Positions 19,500-28,592 of a stretch of DNA of 53,855 nucleotides are shown here, piece after piece (the stretch's first letter is position 1; every line of letters begins with the position of its first letter). Position numbers and translations under genes: made by a program. Under the pieces are notes generated by a model. That model was not told where the DNA came from and made no database searches. It saw nothing but the letters and a program-made list of their open reading frames with translations. Source of the DNA: an uncultured Bacteroidota bacterium. GTDB lineage: Bacteria; Bacteroidota; Bacteroidia; Chitinophagales; LD1. Location: assembly GCA_903917755.1 (NCBI GenBank), contig CAIXBT010000361.1, forward strand, positions 1 to 53,855. The letters run 5' to 3'.

Positions 19500-19531
19500 G
19501 GGAGCAGAATTTTCTGCTCCCTTTTTATTTT
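19500..19531 (+). terminator. rho-independent terminator after the helicase gene
   Basis: 9-bp stem gggagcaga/tctgctccc with loop attt, followed by tttttatttt. Confidence 0.7.
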
Positions 19532-19535
19532 AGGA

Positions 19536-19549
19536 ATTCTACGTGGAAC
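19536..19549. repeat. palindromic-motif copy ATTCTACGTGGAAC
   Basis: Lies between the convergent helicase and gldM ends, immediately after the terminator T-run and 2 nt from the gldM stop. Confidence 0.85.
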
Positions 19550-19550
19550 A

Positions 19551-21170
19551 TTAATTGTTAGTGATTGCTACAGCTATAGGAGAAAGTTGCCTCCTGTCGC
19601 CTTCGGGGCCTTTTGCTACTATATCTTCAAATACGACGGTACAGCCCTTTTTGATCTTGCCTTTATCCAGCATGTCTTTAAATTTTGAGTCATATCTAGG
19701 GCCGGTGCAAGTATATTTTGTAATACCATCAGGGAGTATGGCCACGATAGTATAGGATATAATGTCAAACCGGGCAGGAAATTCAAAGTTCTCAAGCTTT
19801 GGTACTATACCCGTCGTAGATTTAAATCTTGGTGCAGCCATATTTCCGCTTCCATATGTACCATCGAGAGTAGAAACAGGATCAGGCACACGTTTTACCC
19901 TAAACTCCATATCACCCATCGGCATTGTATTGCCACCTACTTTGGCTGAAACTCTTACTTTGTATTTACCCTTGCCGGAAGGTTTGACCATGTATGAACC
20001 ATCAGGTTTTCTATCTAATATCCCGGGCCCATCAAAGGAAGCCGTTACATCCCTTTGCGCTACACCAGGTACTGAAACGCTGATAGGATTATCAAGGCCG
20101 GCGTATAGTACATTCATATTAGTTGGAGATACGACAGCAGATTTTGCAGCCACCTGATATTCTCCTTCGAAGGGATAAAATTTATAGCCCGATCCGCTTG
20201 GGTCCTTTACGCGTATCACGCCGGTGTATTTGCTTTCGCCCACATTGTTTCCCTGCATTTGTATCTTGCCGAGACCATTTGATACATCTACTTTTTGTGG
20301 ATTATTAAGAGGAGGAATTTCTGTGGGCGATGATATTTCGTCATAATTGCCCGCCGCATTTTTCTTGACCTGTGCAGTGAAGGAACCAATGAATACATCA
20401 GGGTTCTGTGTGCTGCTATATGCAGTGAGCATCACATTAGCTTTGTACGGGAGGCCTTGCATGATATAGCTTGATGGTGAATTGACGAGAGCTGTCAGCC
20501 TGTCTACTTTGTGCTTGCCATAGTCTATTTTTTTGTAGAAATATTCCACTAGCTGGTTCTCTGCGGTCAATGCATCGTTCTGATATTTTGAAAGCAGCGT
20601 CACGGCGGCCACGGTTGGTACGTGATTGAACTTATGAAACTCCCAGCTCAGGCCATCTTTGGGTTCATCGATCAGTAAGGGTATGCTGCTTGTGAATTGA
20701 CCCTTATCCTCTTCGGCAGGTAATGCCAATAGCTGCTCGCGGCTTTTTTTGATGGCATCTTTTATTTTTTTGCCATGGCTCTCTTCTACGAATAACCTGG
20801 TGGCGATATCAATATTATCGTTGCTCACGAGCTGGCCGGACTGCGGGTCATAGCCACCTGCCTGTTTGATGACCTGCTGTTTATATTGTTCGAGCTGCTC
20901 ATATAGCGCCTTGCATATCTTTTGCGATTCTTCGGCTTTCAGTTTGAATGGTTCCGTCTTTTTTGCATCCATATTCATCTGCATCTGAAAGTCGCTGAAC
21001 AGGCTTGCATTCTTAGTGTCAAGAGATTGATTGGAGCGACCGATGCCATCGTCTACTGTCTTGAAAGCATTCAATACTTCTGCTGTCACATTCAGGGCGA
21101 GCATAGCAGTCAGGACCAGATACATCATGTTTATCATGCGCTGGCGGGGAGGTAGTTTGGTAGATGCCAT
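19551..21170 (-). CDS. gldM: GldM/PorM-family type IX secretion / gliding motility protein (not in a gldKLMN operon)
   Basis: 539-aa ORF with the N-terminus 'KLPPRQRMINMMYLVLTAMLALNV', the hallmark GldM start plus single TM helix, followed by a long periplasmic region. Confidence 0.8.
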   Translation of the reverse strand: MASTKLPPRQRMINMMYLVLTAMLALNVTAEVLNAFKTVDDGIGRSNQSLDTKNASLFSDFQMQMNMDAKKTEPFKLKAEESQKICKALYEQLEQYKQQVIKQAGGYDPQSGQLVSNDNIDIATRLFVEESHGKKIKDAIKKSREQLLALPAEEDKGQFTSSIPLLIDEPKDGLSWEFHKFNHVPTVAAVTLLSKYQNDALTAENQLVEYFYKKIDYGKHKVDRLTALVNSPSSYIMQGLPYKANVMLTAYSSTQNPDVFIGSFTAQVKKNAAGNYDEISSPTEIPPLNNPQKVDVSNGLGKIQMQGNNVGESKYTGVIRVKDPSGSGYKFYPFEGEYQVAAKSAVVSPTNMNVLYAGLDNPISVSVPGVAQRDVTASFDGPGILDRKPDGSYMVKPSGKGKYKVRVSAKVGGNTMPMGDMEFRVKRVPDPVSTLDGTYGSGNMAAPRFKSTTGIVPKLENFEFPARFDIISYTIVAILPDGITKYTCTGPRYDSKFKDMLDKGKIKKGCTVVFEDIVAKGPEGDRRQLSPIAVAITNN

Positions 21171-21467
21171 TGTGTTAGGATTTAGAGTGGTGAAAAGTTA
21201 TAATCCTGTAACGCGGCATCATTCAAAAAGTAACATTTCTAAAAAAGGAGTGCTGATAATGAATGAAGAAAAAGACAAATAACAATCAGAAAAATGTTAT
21301 TCCGTTAAATAAGTTCGGTGTGTGCCATAAAGCATTAGTTATAATGTTTCCCGACATTGAAGACCTGTTTAGAGCCGCTATTCACCTATTTGTTATGCAA
21401 AACCGTCATTTTATGTCTTAAAAGGCTTGGTTTAAAGCGTATTTAATGTGAAATATCCTTTACATTT

Positions 21468-21475
21468 TTATCTTT
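21468..21475 (+). promoter_or_regulatory. putative Bacteroidota -7 promoter element (TATCTTTG) for hppA
   Basis: Matches TAnnTTTG 39 nt upstream of the hppA ATG. The evidence is the motif match only. Confidence 0.3.
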
Positions 21476-21513
21476 GCCGACCAATAAAAAACTAAAAATT
21501 AGAAAAAATTATC

Positions 21514-23802
21514 ATGGAAAGTATTATTTACATTCTCCCGCTGTTTGGGCTCGTTGGATTAGCTTATATGCTTGTGCTCAGAAGCTGGGTGGTCAAGCAG
21601 GATGCCGGCGATGAAAAAATGACTACCATAGCCAGGTATATTGCTGAAGGCGCTATGGCATTTCTTAAAGCCGAGTATCGTATCCTTGCGATCTATGTGG
21701 TTGTGGCCGGTACCGCACTGGGCGCACTCTCTTTGCACCCTAAAGTATCAGAGCACTCAAGCCTGCTGATAGTAGTATCATTTGTGATAGGCTGTTTCTT
21801 TAGTGCACTGGCCGGTTTCATCGGTATGAATGTAGCTACTAAGGCGAATGTGAGAACCACACAGGCAGCACGCACCAGTCTTGCTAAAGCATTGAAGGTT
21901 TCATTTGCCGGTGGTACGGTGATGGGTCTCGGTGTGGCAGGTCTCGCTGTTATCGGTCTTTGCACATTGTTCATCATTTTCTTCCACATATTCATGGGAG
22001 GTGATATTCACAACGGTGGCACTGAGATGATGAAGAAAGTACTTGAAGTACTCGCAGGTTTCTCTGTGGGTGCTGAGTCTATCGCGCTTTTCGCTCGTGT
22101 AGGTGGTGGTATCTATACCAAGGCTGCTGACGTAGGCGCTGATCTGGTAGGTAAAGTAGAAGCAGGTATCCCTGAAGATGATCCTCGTAATCCTGCGACT
22201 ATCGCAGACAACGTGGGTGACAACGTGGGTGACGTAGCTGGTATGGGTGCTGACCTTTTCGGTTCTTATGTAGCTACAGTTTTGGCATCTATGGTTTTGG
22301 GCAACTTCCTGATAGGCGACAATCCTGGCCTTACGGCTTTCGGTGGTATCGGACCGATCCTTCTTCCTATGACCATTGCTGCTATGGGTATCATAGCATC
22401 TATATTGGGTAGCTTTCTGGTGAGTATCAAAGACGATAAGAGCGCTAATACTGACACCGTACAGTCTGCATTAAATCGCGGTAACTGGGTTTCTATCATC
22501 ATCGCCCTTGTAGCTTCTTTCTTCCTGATCAAATTGATGCTCCCTGAGACTATGAATATGACCATGTTTGCTGATGGTGATTTTGAGAAAACACCTACTA
22601 TTATTTCATCCATGAGAGTGTTCTGGGCGGTATGTGTGGGCATGTTCGTAGGTGCAGCTATCTCTTTCATCACCGAATATTACACAGGTCTCGGCAAGAA
22701 ACCGGTGAGCGATATCGTACAGAAATCTGGTACCGGTGCAGCTACTAATATTATCGCAGGTCTGGGTACAGGTATGCTTTCAACTTTTTTCCCTGTTCTT
22801 TTATTCGCAGGTGCTATCTGGTCAGCATACGCATTGGCTGGTTTCTATGGTGTAGGTATCGCAGCATCTGCTATGATGGCTACTACTGCCATGCAGCTCG
22901 CTATCGATGCATTTGGTCCGATATCTGATAATGCAGGTGGTATAGCAGAAATGAGCGAACTGCCGGCTAACGTTCGTGAGAATACAGACATCCTCGATTC
23001 AGTAGGTAATACTACCGCTGCTATTGGTAAGGGTTTTGCGATCGCTTCTGCTGCACTGACAGCATTGGCTCTTTTTGCTGCTTATGTGACTTTCACCGGT
23101 ATAAGAGGTATCAATATATTCGATGCGAAAGTTCTCGCAGCGCTTTTCGTGGGAGGTATGATTCCTGTAGTGTTCTCTGCTCTTGCAATGAACTCTGTAG
23201 GTAAAGCAGCTATGGATATGGTAAATGAAGTTCGTCGTCAGTTCCGTGAGATACCGGGTATCCTCGAAGGCACAGGCAAACCTGAATATGGAAAATGTGT
23301 CGAGATCTCTACTAAAGCCGCTCTGCGTGAGATGATGCTTCCGGGCGTACTCACTATCCTGACGCCTATCATCGTCGGTTTGGCTATGGGTGCTGAGGCA
23401 CTCGGTGCTTATATGGCCGGTGTGACCGTGAGTGGTGTGATGTGGGCTATATTCCAGAACAATGCAGGTGGTGCATGGGATAATGCAAAGAAGTCTTTTG
23501 AAAAGGGAGTTGATATCGGAGGTCAGACATTCTATAAAAAATCAGAGCCGCACAAAGCTGCTGTAGTAGGTGATACAGTAGGTGATCCATTCAAGGATAC
23601 TTCCGGTCCATCTATGAATATCCTTATCAAGTTAACCTGTCTGGTTGGTTTGACACTGGCACCGCTACTGGCTAAAGATAAACTCGCTGTAGCTGCTACA
23701 CCACAACCTACCGAGACCAAGATCGAGGTGACCAAAGTGGTAGAAAAATCAGGCGACAGCACAAAAACTGTAAGCTATGATTCTACAGTAGTGAAGAAAT
23801 AA
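21514..23802 (+). CDS. hppA: membrane-bound proton/sodium-translocating pyrophosphatase
   Basis: 762-aa polytopic protein with '[20 protein letters not shown]', '[18 protein letters not shown]' and '[21 protein letters not shown]'. Confidence 0.95.
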   Translation: MESIIYILPLFGLVGLAYMLVLRSWVVKQDAGDEKMTTIARYIAEGAMAFLKAEYRILAIYVVVAGTALGALSLHPKVSEHSSLLIVVSFVIGCFFSALAGFIGMNVATKANVRTTQAARTSLAKALKVSFAGGTVMGLGVAGLAVIGLCTLFIIFFHIFMGGDIHNGGTEMMKKVLEVLAGFSVGAESIALFARVGGGIYTKAADVGADLVGKVEAGIPEDDPRNPATIADNVGDNVGDVAGMGADLFGSYVATVLASMVLGNFLIGDNPGLTAFGGIGPILLPMTIAAMGIIASILGSFLVSIKDDKSANTDTVQSALNRGNWVSIIIALVASFFLIKLMLPETMNMTMFADGDFEKTPTIISSMRVFWAVCVGMFVGAAISFITEYYTGLGKKPVSDIVQKSGTGAATNIIAGLGTGMLSTFFPVLLFAGAIWSAYALAGFYGVGIAASAMMATTAMQLAIDAFGPISDNAGGIAEMSELPANVRENTDILDSVGNTTAAIGKGFAIASAALTALALFAAYVTFTGIRGINIFDAKVLAALFVGGMIPVVFSALAMNSVGKAAMDMVNEVRRQFREIPGILEGTGKPEYGKCVEISTKAALREMMLPGVLTILTPIIVGLAMGAEALGAYMAGVTVSGVMWAIFQNNAGGAWDNAKKSFEKGVDIGGQTFYKKSEPHKAAVVGDTVGDPFKDTSGPSMNILIKLTCLVGLTLAPLLAKDKLAVAATPQPTETKIEVTKVVEKSGDSTKTVSYDSTVVKK

Positions 23803-23827
23803 AAATTGAGATAATAATATTTTGAAA

Positions 23828-23860
23828 GGCCGAGGGTTGTACTCTCGGCCTTTTTTATTT
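23828..23860 (+). terminator. rho-independent terminator after hppA
   Basis: Hairpin ggccgagggttgtactctcggcc followed by ttttttatttt. Confidence 0.7.
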
Positions 23861-23866
23861 TCGGTA

Positions 23867-23880
23867 GTTCCACATGGAAC
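23867..23880. repeat. palindromic-motif copy GTTCCACATGGAAC
   Basis: Intergenic, 6 nt after the hppA terminator T-run and 69 nt upstream of the next gene. Confidence 0.85.
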
Positions 23881-23948
23881 AACTATGTATTTCACGGAAA
23901 ATGTAAAAGAGAAATTTTTGTACCTTCATATCCACTAAACACCAAACA

Positions 23949-24530
23949 ATGAAAAAAACAAACATAACACTGGGACTTATATTGGCCCTTCTGATCTCTG
24001 CTACTCAACTCAGCGCACAGGCTAGCATATCGGGGGTCACATTGCCGGCCACTCTCAAGGTCGGAGATCATAATCTGGTACTCAACGGTGGAGGCGTGAG
24101 GGTCAAACTTTTTATGGATATGTATGTAGGGGGACTATATGTGACCACTAAGGGCACTAACGGAGATGCCATAGCTAAGGCAAACGAACCTACAGCTGTC
24201 AGGCTTCATATCGTATCGAGCCTCGTGACTACAGACAGAATGAAAGAAGCTATCCTCGAAGGTTTTAAAAAATCTACAGGCGATAAGACAGCACCGCTGC
24301 AGGCCAGGATCGATAAGTTCGTAAAAGTATTTTCGCTGGAGCCGATCACAAAGGGAAACGAATTTGACATCACATACACTCCGACCGGAGGTGTTCAGAT
24401 ATCCAAGAATGGCAAGGTACTTGAAACTATAGATGGCTTAGATTTCAAATCAGCGCTCTGGGGCATCTGGCTCGGTAATGAACCTGCAGATAAAGGTCTC
24501 AAAGCAGGTATGCTGGGTGTAGCGAAATAA
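23949..24530 (+). CDS. chalcone-isomerase-like (Chalcone_3) secreted protein
   Basis: 193-aa ORF with a signal peptide. 'LVLNGGGVRVKLFMDMYVGGLYV' and 'FKSALWGIWLG' are typical of bacterial CHI-like proteins. Confidence 0.65.
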   Translation: MKKTNITLGLILALLISATQLSAQASISGVTLPATLKVGDHNLVLNGGGVRVKLFMDMYVGGLYVTTKGTNGDAIAKANEPTAVRLHIVSSLVTTDRMKEAILEGFKKSTGDKTAPLQARIDKFVKVFSLEPITKGNEFDITYTPTGGVQISKNGKVLETIDGLDFKSALWGIWLGNEPADKGLKAGMLGVAK

Positions 24531-24543
24531 ATCAGACTGAAAT

Positions 24544-24583
24544 AAAACAAAAAGCCGAGAGTACAACCCTCGGCTTTTTTATT
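24544..24583. terminator. bidirectional terminator between convergent genes
   Basis: An A-run, then hairpin gccgagagtacaaccctcggc, then a T-run. The hairpin core is the exact reverse complement of the one at 23829-23849. Confidence 0.65.
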
Positions 24584-24597
24584 GATATGCTTTTTGA

Positions 24598-25830
24598 TCA
24601 CTTTTTCACAAACTTCATCAGGTTCTGAGTGTTTTTATTTGCCCAGTGGTAGCCGAGAGAGAATGGTAACGGTTTGATATTCGCTGAGTCTGTTTTGTAT
24701 GCTCTGTATAGCTCCTCCTGATCTACACCCTTGAAATCACTGACCGGTTTCACATAGTTGCCATAGAACTTGATGCTCCATTTAGCCTTGTCGATATATT
24801 TCAAAGCTATACCGGTATCATCCTGCAGGATAGACTTGCTCTTAGCCAGACATATATTGCGTATCGCGCTGAAGGTCCCGTAGTTCATCAGATACGAGGC
24901 AGACTTCAGATAGGTGTAGCACTCTGGCATACTGTTCAGATATGTTTGCAATGGAGTATTTGATTTGAAACTTTCCATTTTTTCATAAGCATCGTCACAG
25001 AGGTTAGTTTTGAAATAAACGATCTTTTGGATCTTAGATGCTGCATTTTTGCGGAAGTAAATTTCCACACAGGCATTTCTGTATCTGCTCATAGAGTCTG
25101 ATGGTATTTCCACCAGGGTCTTGCCATCATCCAGCAGTTGTTTGTATTTTATATCCAGGATGGAGTATCCCGCACGTACCAGAAATACGGAAGCTACCGG
25201 AGTCACACCATTCCAGGGGTTCGACACATCGCGCATCATCTTGCGGGTGATGAAGTAGCTCTTGCCAAAAATATCTTCGAGAGATTTGAGCAATGAATTA
25301 AGGGTAGTAGTGGTTTTGCCGGAATCCATTTTCTCCATCACTGGCAGGGAACCATAGCGCTCCAGAGCTATCATGACATACTGATCTGCATCGGGATAAA
25401 ACTGCACACAGTGCAGCACATCCGGACCTGAAAAGGGATAAAAGACAGTCTTAGGTGAAGCCAGCTCGGGAGCCATCTCAGTTTTGGCCCATTCGCGCAT
25501 CTTGCTGAGGCGGATATCTTCGATATGTTTGAAACCCCTGTCCATCGAGTCGCTATACAGCTTGTAGTATCTCAGGTTTTGGAGCTTAGCGGGTATGGCG
25601 ATAAAGGAATCGGGTTTCATGCCTGCCAGATAGAGAGCGATATCATTTAGCTTGTTGTGGCTGTCTTTGTTGATGGTCGTGTCTGTGATGGTGGGGTTTG
25701 ATCCTGCTGCTGCTACGGCAGTAGAATCTCCTTTAGCAGGAGTGGCTCCGGGGTTTTTTGCTGCATGATTGGTGCAAGATGCGAGCATGACCAGCAAGCC
25801 CAGGCAAATGAACCGGGAAGTTATCTTCAT
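24598..25830 (-). CDS. lipoprotein of unknown function (paralogue A)
   Basis: Lipobox 'LLVMLASC'. The start is set at the internal Met (MKITSRF). Long identical blocks are shared with the adjacent gene, for example 'YLAGMKPDSFIAIPAKLQNL', 'YPFSGPD' and 'IKPLPFSLGYHW'. Confidence 0.75.
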   Translation of the reverse strand: MKITSRFICLGLLVMLASCTNHAAKNPGATPAKGDSTAVAAAGSNPTITDTTINKDSHNKLNDIALYLAGMKPDSFIAIPAKLQNLRYYKLYSDSMDRGFKHIEDIRLSKMREWAKTEMAPELASPKTVFYPFSGPDVLHCVQFYPDADQYVMIALERYGSLPVMEKMDSGKTTTTLNSLLKSLEDIFGKSYFITRKMMRDVSNPWNGVTPVASVFLVRAGYSILDIKYKQLLDDGKTLVEIPSDSMSRYRNACVEIYFRKNAASKIQKIVYFKTNLCDDAYEKMESFKSNTPLQTYLNSMPECYTYLKSASYLMNYGTFSAIRNICLAKSKSILQDDTGIALKYIDKAKWSIKFYGNYVKPVSDFKGVDQEELYRAYKTDSANIKPLPFSLGYHWANKNTQNLMKFVKK

Positions 25831-25913
25831 AAATTTTGATTCTAAAAAGTGGATCGAATAGGATGCTATCATTTACTAAAGGTACAATACTATTATTAAC
25901 TCAATAAATGAGT

Positions 25914-27140
25914 TTATTTTTTCTCAAACTTCATGAGATTTTGCACCTGATCTTTCCAGTGGTAACCCAATGAAAACGGCAATGGCTTTATGTTTGCAGA
26001 GTCTGCCTTGTATGCTTGCTGCAGATTGGCCTGATAGTATCCTCCGTGGAAATCACTGATCGGTTTTTCGTAGTTGCCATACAGTTTTATTTTCCATTTT
26101 GTCTTGTCATAAAATCCAAAACCCACACCGGTATCATCCTGCAGAATAGTTTTGCTCTTATTCAAACAGAAATTTCTGATGATGCTGAAATCTGTCTGGC
26201 ACATCAGATAGGAAGCTGACTTAGCGTAGGTATAGCACTCAGGCAGGTTCTCGAGATATGCTTTCATACCGGCGTTGTCTTTCATACCTGGTGTACCAAA
26301 TATGTGGTCTGAGAGATTTGCTCTGAAGTATGTCAGCTTCTGGATCTTGTCTTTGCCGTTCTTGCGAAAATAGATCTCTACGCAGTCATTGAGGTGTCTG
26401 CCCATAGAGTCCAGAGGAATCTCGACCATCGTCTTGCCATCATCCAGCAGGTGTTTGTATTTGATGTCGAGGATAGCATATCCTGTGCGAACCAGAAATA
26501 CAGAAGCAAGAGGAGTGAATCCATTATATTGATTAGAAACATTCACTGCCATTTTGCGAGTAATGAAATAGCTTTTGCCAAAAATATCTTCGAGAGATTG
26601 ATGTACATAGTCCAGTGTATGTATCGTTCTTGAGCTATCCATTTTGTCCATCACGGGCAGTGACCCGAATCTCTCTAATGCGATCATGATATACTGATCT
26701 GCCTCCGGGAAAAACTGCACACAATGCAGGATATCCGGACCGGAGAAAGGATACAAAACAGTTTTAGGTGCAGCGAGCTCAGGAGCCAGTTCGGTTTTAG
26801 CCCATTCGCGCATCTTGCTCAGACGGTTAGTTTCCATATTGTTGAAACCACTGGTCATCGTATCGCAGTATTGTTTGTAATATGCCAGATTTTGAAGCTT
26901 AGCAGGAATGGCTATGAAAGAATCGGGCTTCATACCGGCGAGATACAGAGCCACATCGTTCAGCTTATTATGGCTGTCAGTCTTGATGGTTTTGTCTGTG
27001 ATGACGGAAGAAACCACCTTTGGTGCAGTGGAATCTGCTTTAGCATCATTTGATGCAGGGCTCTTGGCGGGGGTATTATGACACGAGGTCAATAGGAACA
27101 CGCAAAATACTATGTAAGCAAAGCGAAGGGATACTTTCAT
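25914..27140 (-). CDS. lipoprotein of unknown function (paralogue B)
   Basis: 408-aa ORF with lipobox 'VFLLTSC'. It aligns over its full length with paralogue A. Confidence 0.75.
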   Translation of the reverse strand: MKVSLRFAYIVFCVFLLTSCHNTPAKSPASNDAKADSTAPKVVSSVITDKTIKTDSHNKLNDVALYLAGMKPDSFIAIPAKLQNLAYYKQYCDTMTSGFNNMETNRLSKMREWAKTELAPELAAPKTVLYPFSGPDILHCVQFFPEADQYIMIALERFGSLPVMDKMDSSRTIHTLDYVHQSLEDIFGKSYFITRKMAVNVSNQYNGFTPLASVFLVRTGYAILDIKYKHLLDDGKTMVEIPLDSMGRHLNDCVEIYFRKNGKDKIQKLTYFRANLSDHIFGTPGMKDNAGMKAYLENLPECYTYAKSASYLMCQTDFSIIRNFCLNKSKTILQDDTGVGFGFYDKTKWKIKLYGNYEKPISDFHGGYYQANLQQAYKADSANIKPLPFSLGYHWKDQVQNLMKFEKK

Positions 27141-27174
27141 AAAATATATTAAAATTTTTTGTGCGCGAAGTTAC

Positions 27175-28485
27175 TTATAAGGATTTGATTTCCTTATTTT
27201 TTGAAAGGAATTTTGCGAGGAAATAAACAAGCAGCCCGAGGGCCATAACGCTCAATCCGATCAGCGCGGCTCCCGGCTCTCCTTTGAATACAAACCAGAG
27301 GAACCAGCAGTTTAATATAAGGAAAATGGCAGGGGTGACGGGATAGCCCCAGGTTTTGTATGGTCTCTCCAGATCCGGCCTTTGATAGCGCAGGATAAAC
27401 ACCCCCAAAACGGTCAAGGTAGTAAACAGCGAAAGGGTGAATGAGATATAAGTGATGATCATTTTAAAAGACGAGGTATAAAGCAGAATCAGCGCGATAA
27501 TGGACTGAGAAGCAATCGCTATGACCGGTATCCCATTGCTGTTTTTGTGGGAGAGAACCTTGAAAATAGAGTAATCTTCGCCGATCATCTGAATGACACG
27601 AGGACCTACTATCACCATGGATGATATGGTAGAAACGAGCAAGACAGATATGATCAGGGAGATTAGTTTGGCACCATTGTCGCCGAAAATGTATTTAGCA
27701 GAGATAAAAGCCACTTCATTTACGCCTTTCATTTCCTCTACCGGTGCGGTACGCAGGAATACATAGTTTACCATGATATAAAGTACTGTGACCAGAAGGG
27801 TTCCCACCAGGATCGACAGCGGGATATTGCGTTTAGGATTATCGACCTCGCCGGCTATGTAGGAAGATGCGTTCCAACCCGAATAGGCGAAAGACACATA
27901 GACCAGAGACACAGCAAACGGAGCAGAAAAAACATCAGTATAGGTTTGGGCTGTGGGCATGACAGATATGTGCGTATTGCAGGCGCAGAGCAAACCGAAA
28001 ACGATAAATACAATGATGAGTATGACCTTGATGGCTGTGGCCACCGTCTGAAAGCCGCCACCGATGGCATAATTGATAGACTGAACAATGGTAACCAAGA
28101 TAATAACCACGGCGCCGATCATCTGCGGAGAATAGCCCGGGATAACAGTAGAAAAATAAGAGCCAAGTGCCCAGGCAGCAGCGGCAATTGGAGCTGCAAA
28201 CCCAATAGTAGCCGATACCCAACCGGACAAAAAGCCTACCGAAGGGTGATAGATCTCTGACAGAAAGTTGTACTCTCCACCCGAACGAGGCAGAGCGGCA
28301 CCAAGCTCGCTATAAGCAAAAGCGCCAAAAAGCGCTACGATACCACCTATCAGCCATAGGGCGATGATAGCTGCGAAGTCGGTGATAGCAGGAAGCTGAT
28401 AGCCCAGACTCGTAAAAACACCCGTGCCTATCATATTTGCTATGACCACAGAAAGGGCTGTAGGAAATTTTATTTTACCGTTCAT
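27175..28485 (-). CDS. APC-superfamily amino acid permease
   Basis: 436-aa, 12-TM protein with 'VIANMIGTGVFTSLG' and 'ELGAALPRSGGEYNFL'. Confidence 0.85.
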   Translation of the reverse strand: MNGKIKFPTALSVVIANMIGTGVFTSLGYQLPAITDFAAIIALWLIGGIVALFGAFAYSELGAALPRSGGEYNFLSEIYHPSVGFLSGWVSATIGFAAPIAAAAWALGSYFSTVIPGYSPQMIGAVVIILVTIVQSINYAIGGGFQTVATAIKVILIIVFIVFGLLCACNTHISVMPTAQTYTDVFSAPFAVSLVYVSFAYSGWNASSYIAGEVDNPKRNIPLSILVGTLLVTVLYIMVNYVFLRTAPVEEMKGVNEVAFISAKYIFGDNGAKLISLIISVLLVSTISSMVIVGPRVIQMIGEDYSIFKVLSHKNSNGIPVIAIASQSIIALILLYTSSFKMIITYISFTLSLFTTLTVLGVFILRYQRPDLERPYKTWGYPVTPAIFLILNCWFLWFVFKGEPGAALIGLSVMALGLLVYFLAKFLSKNKEIKSL

Positions 28486-28592
28486 GATTATTCAAATGCG
28501 GCGCAAGTTAAATAACTAATACATATTTTCACCGTCGAGATCAAAGGAGTTTTTAATACTTCGATCTTATTCTACATGATCATCCATAATTC

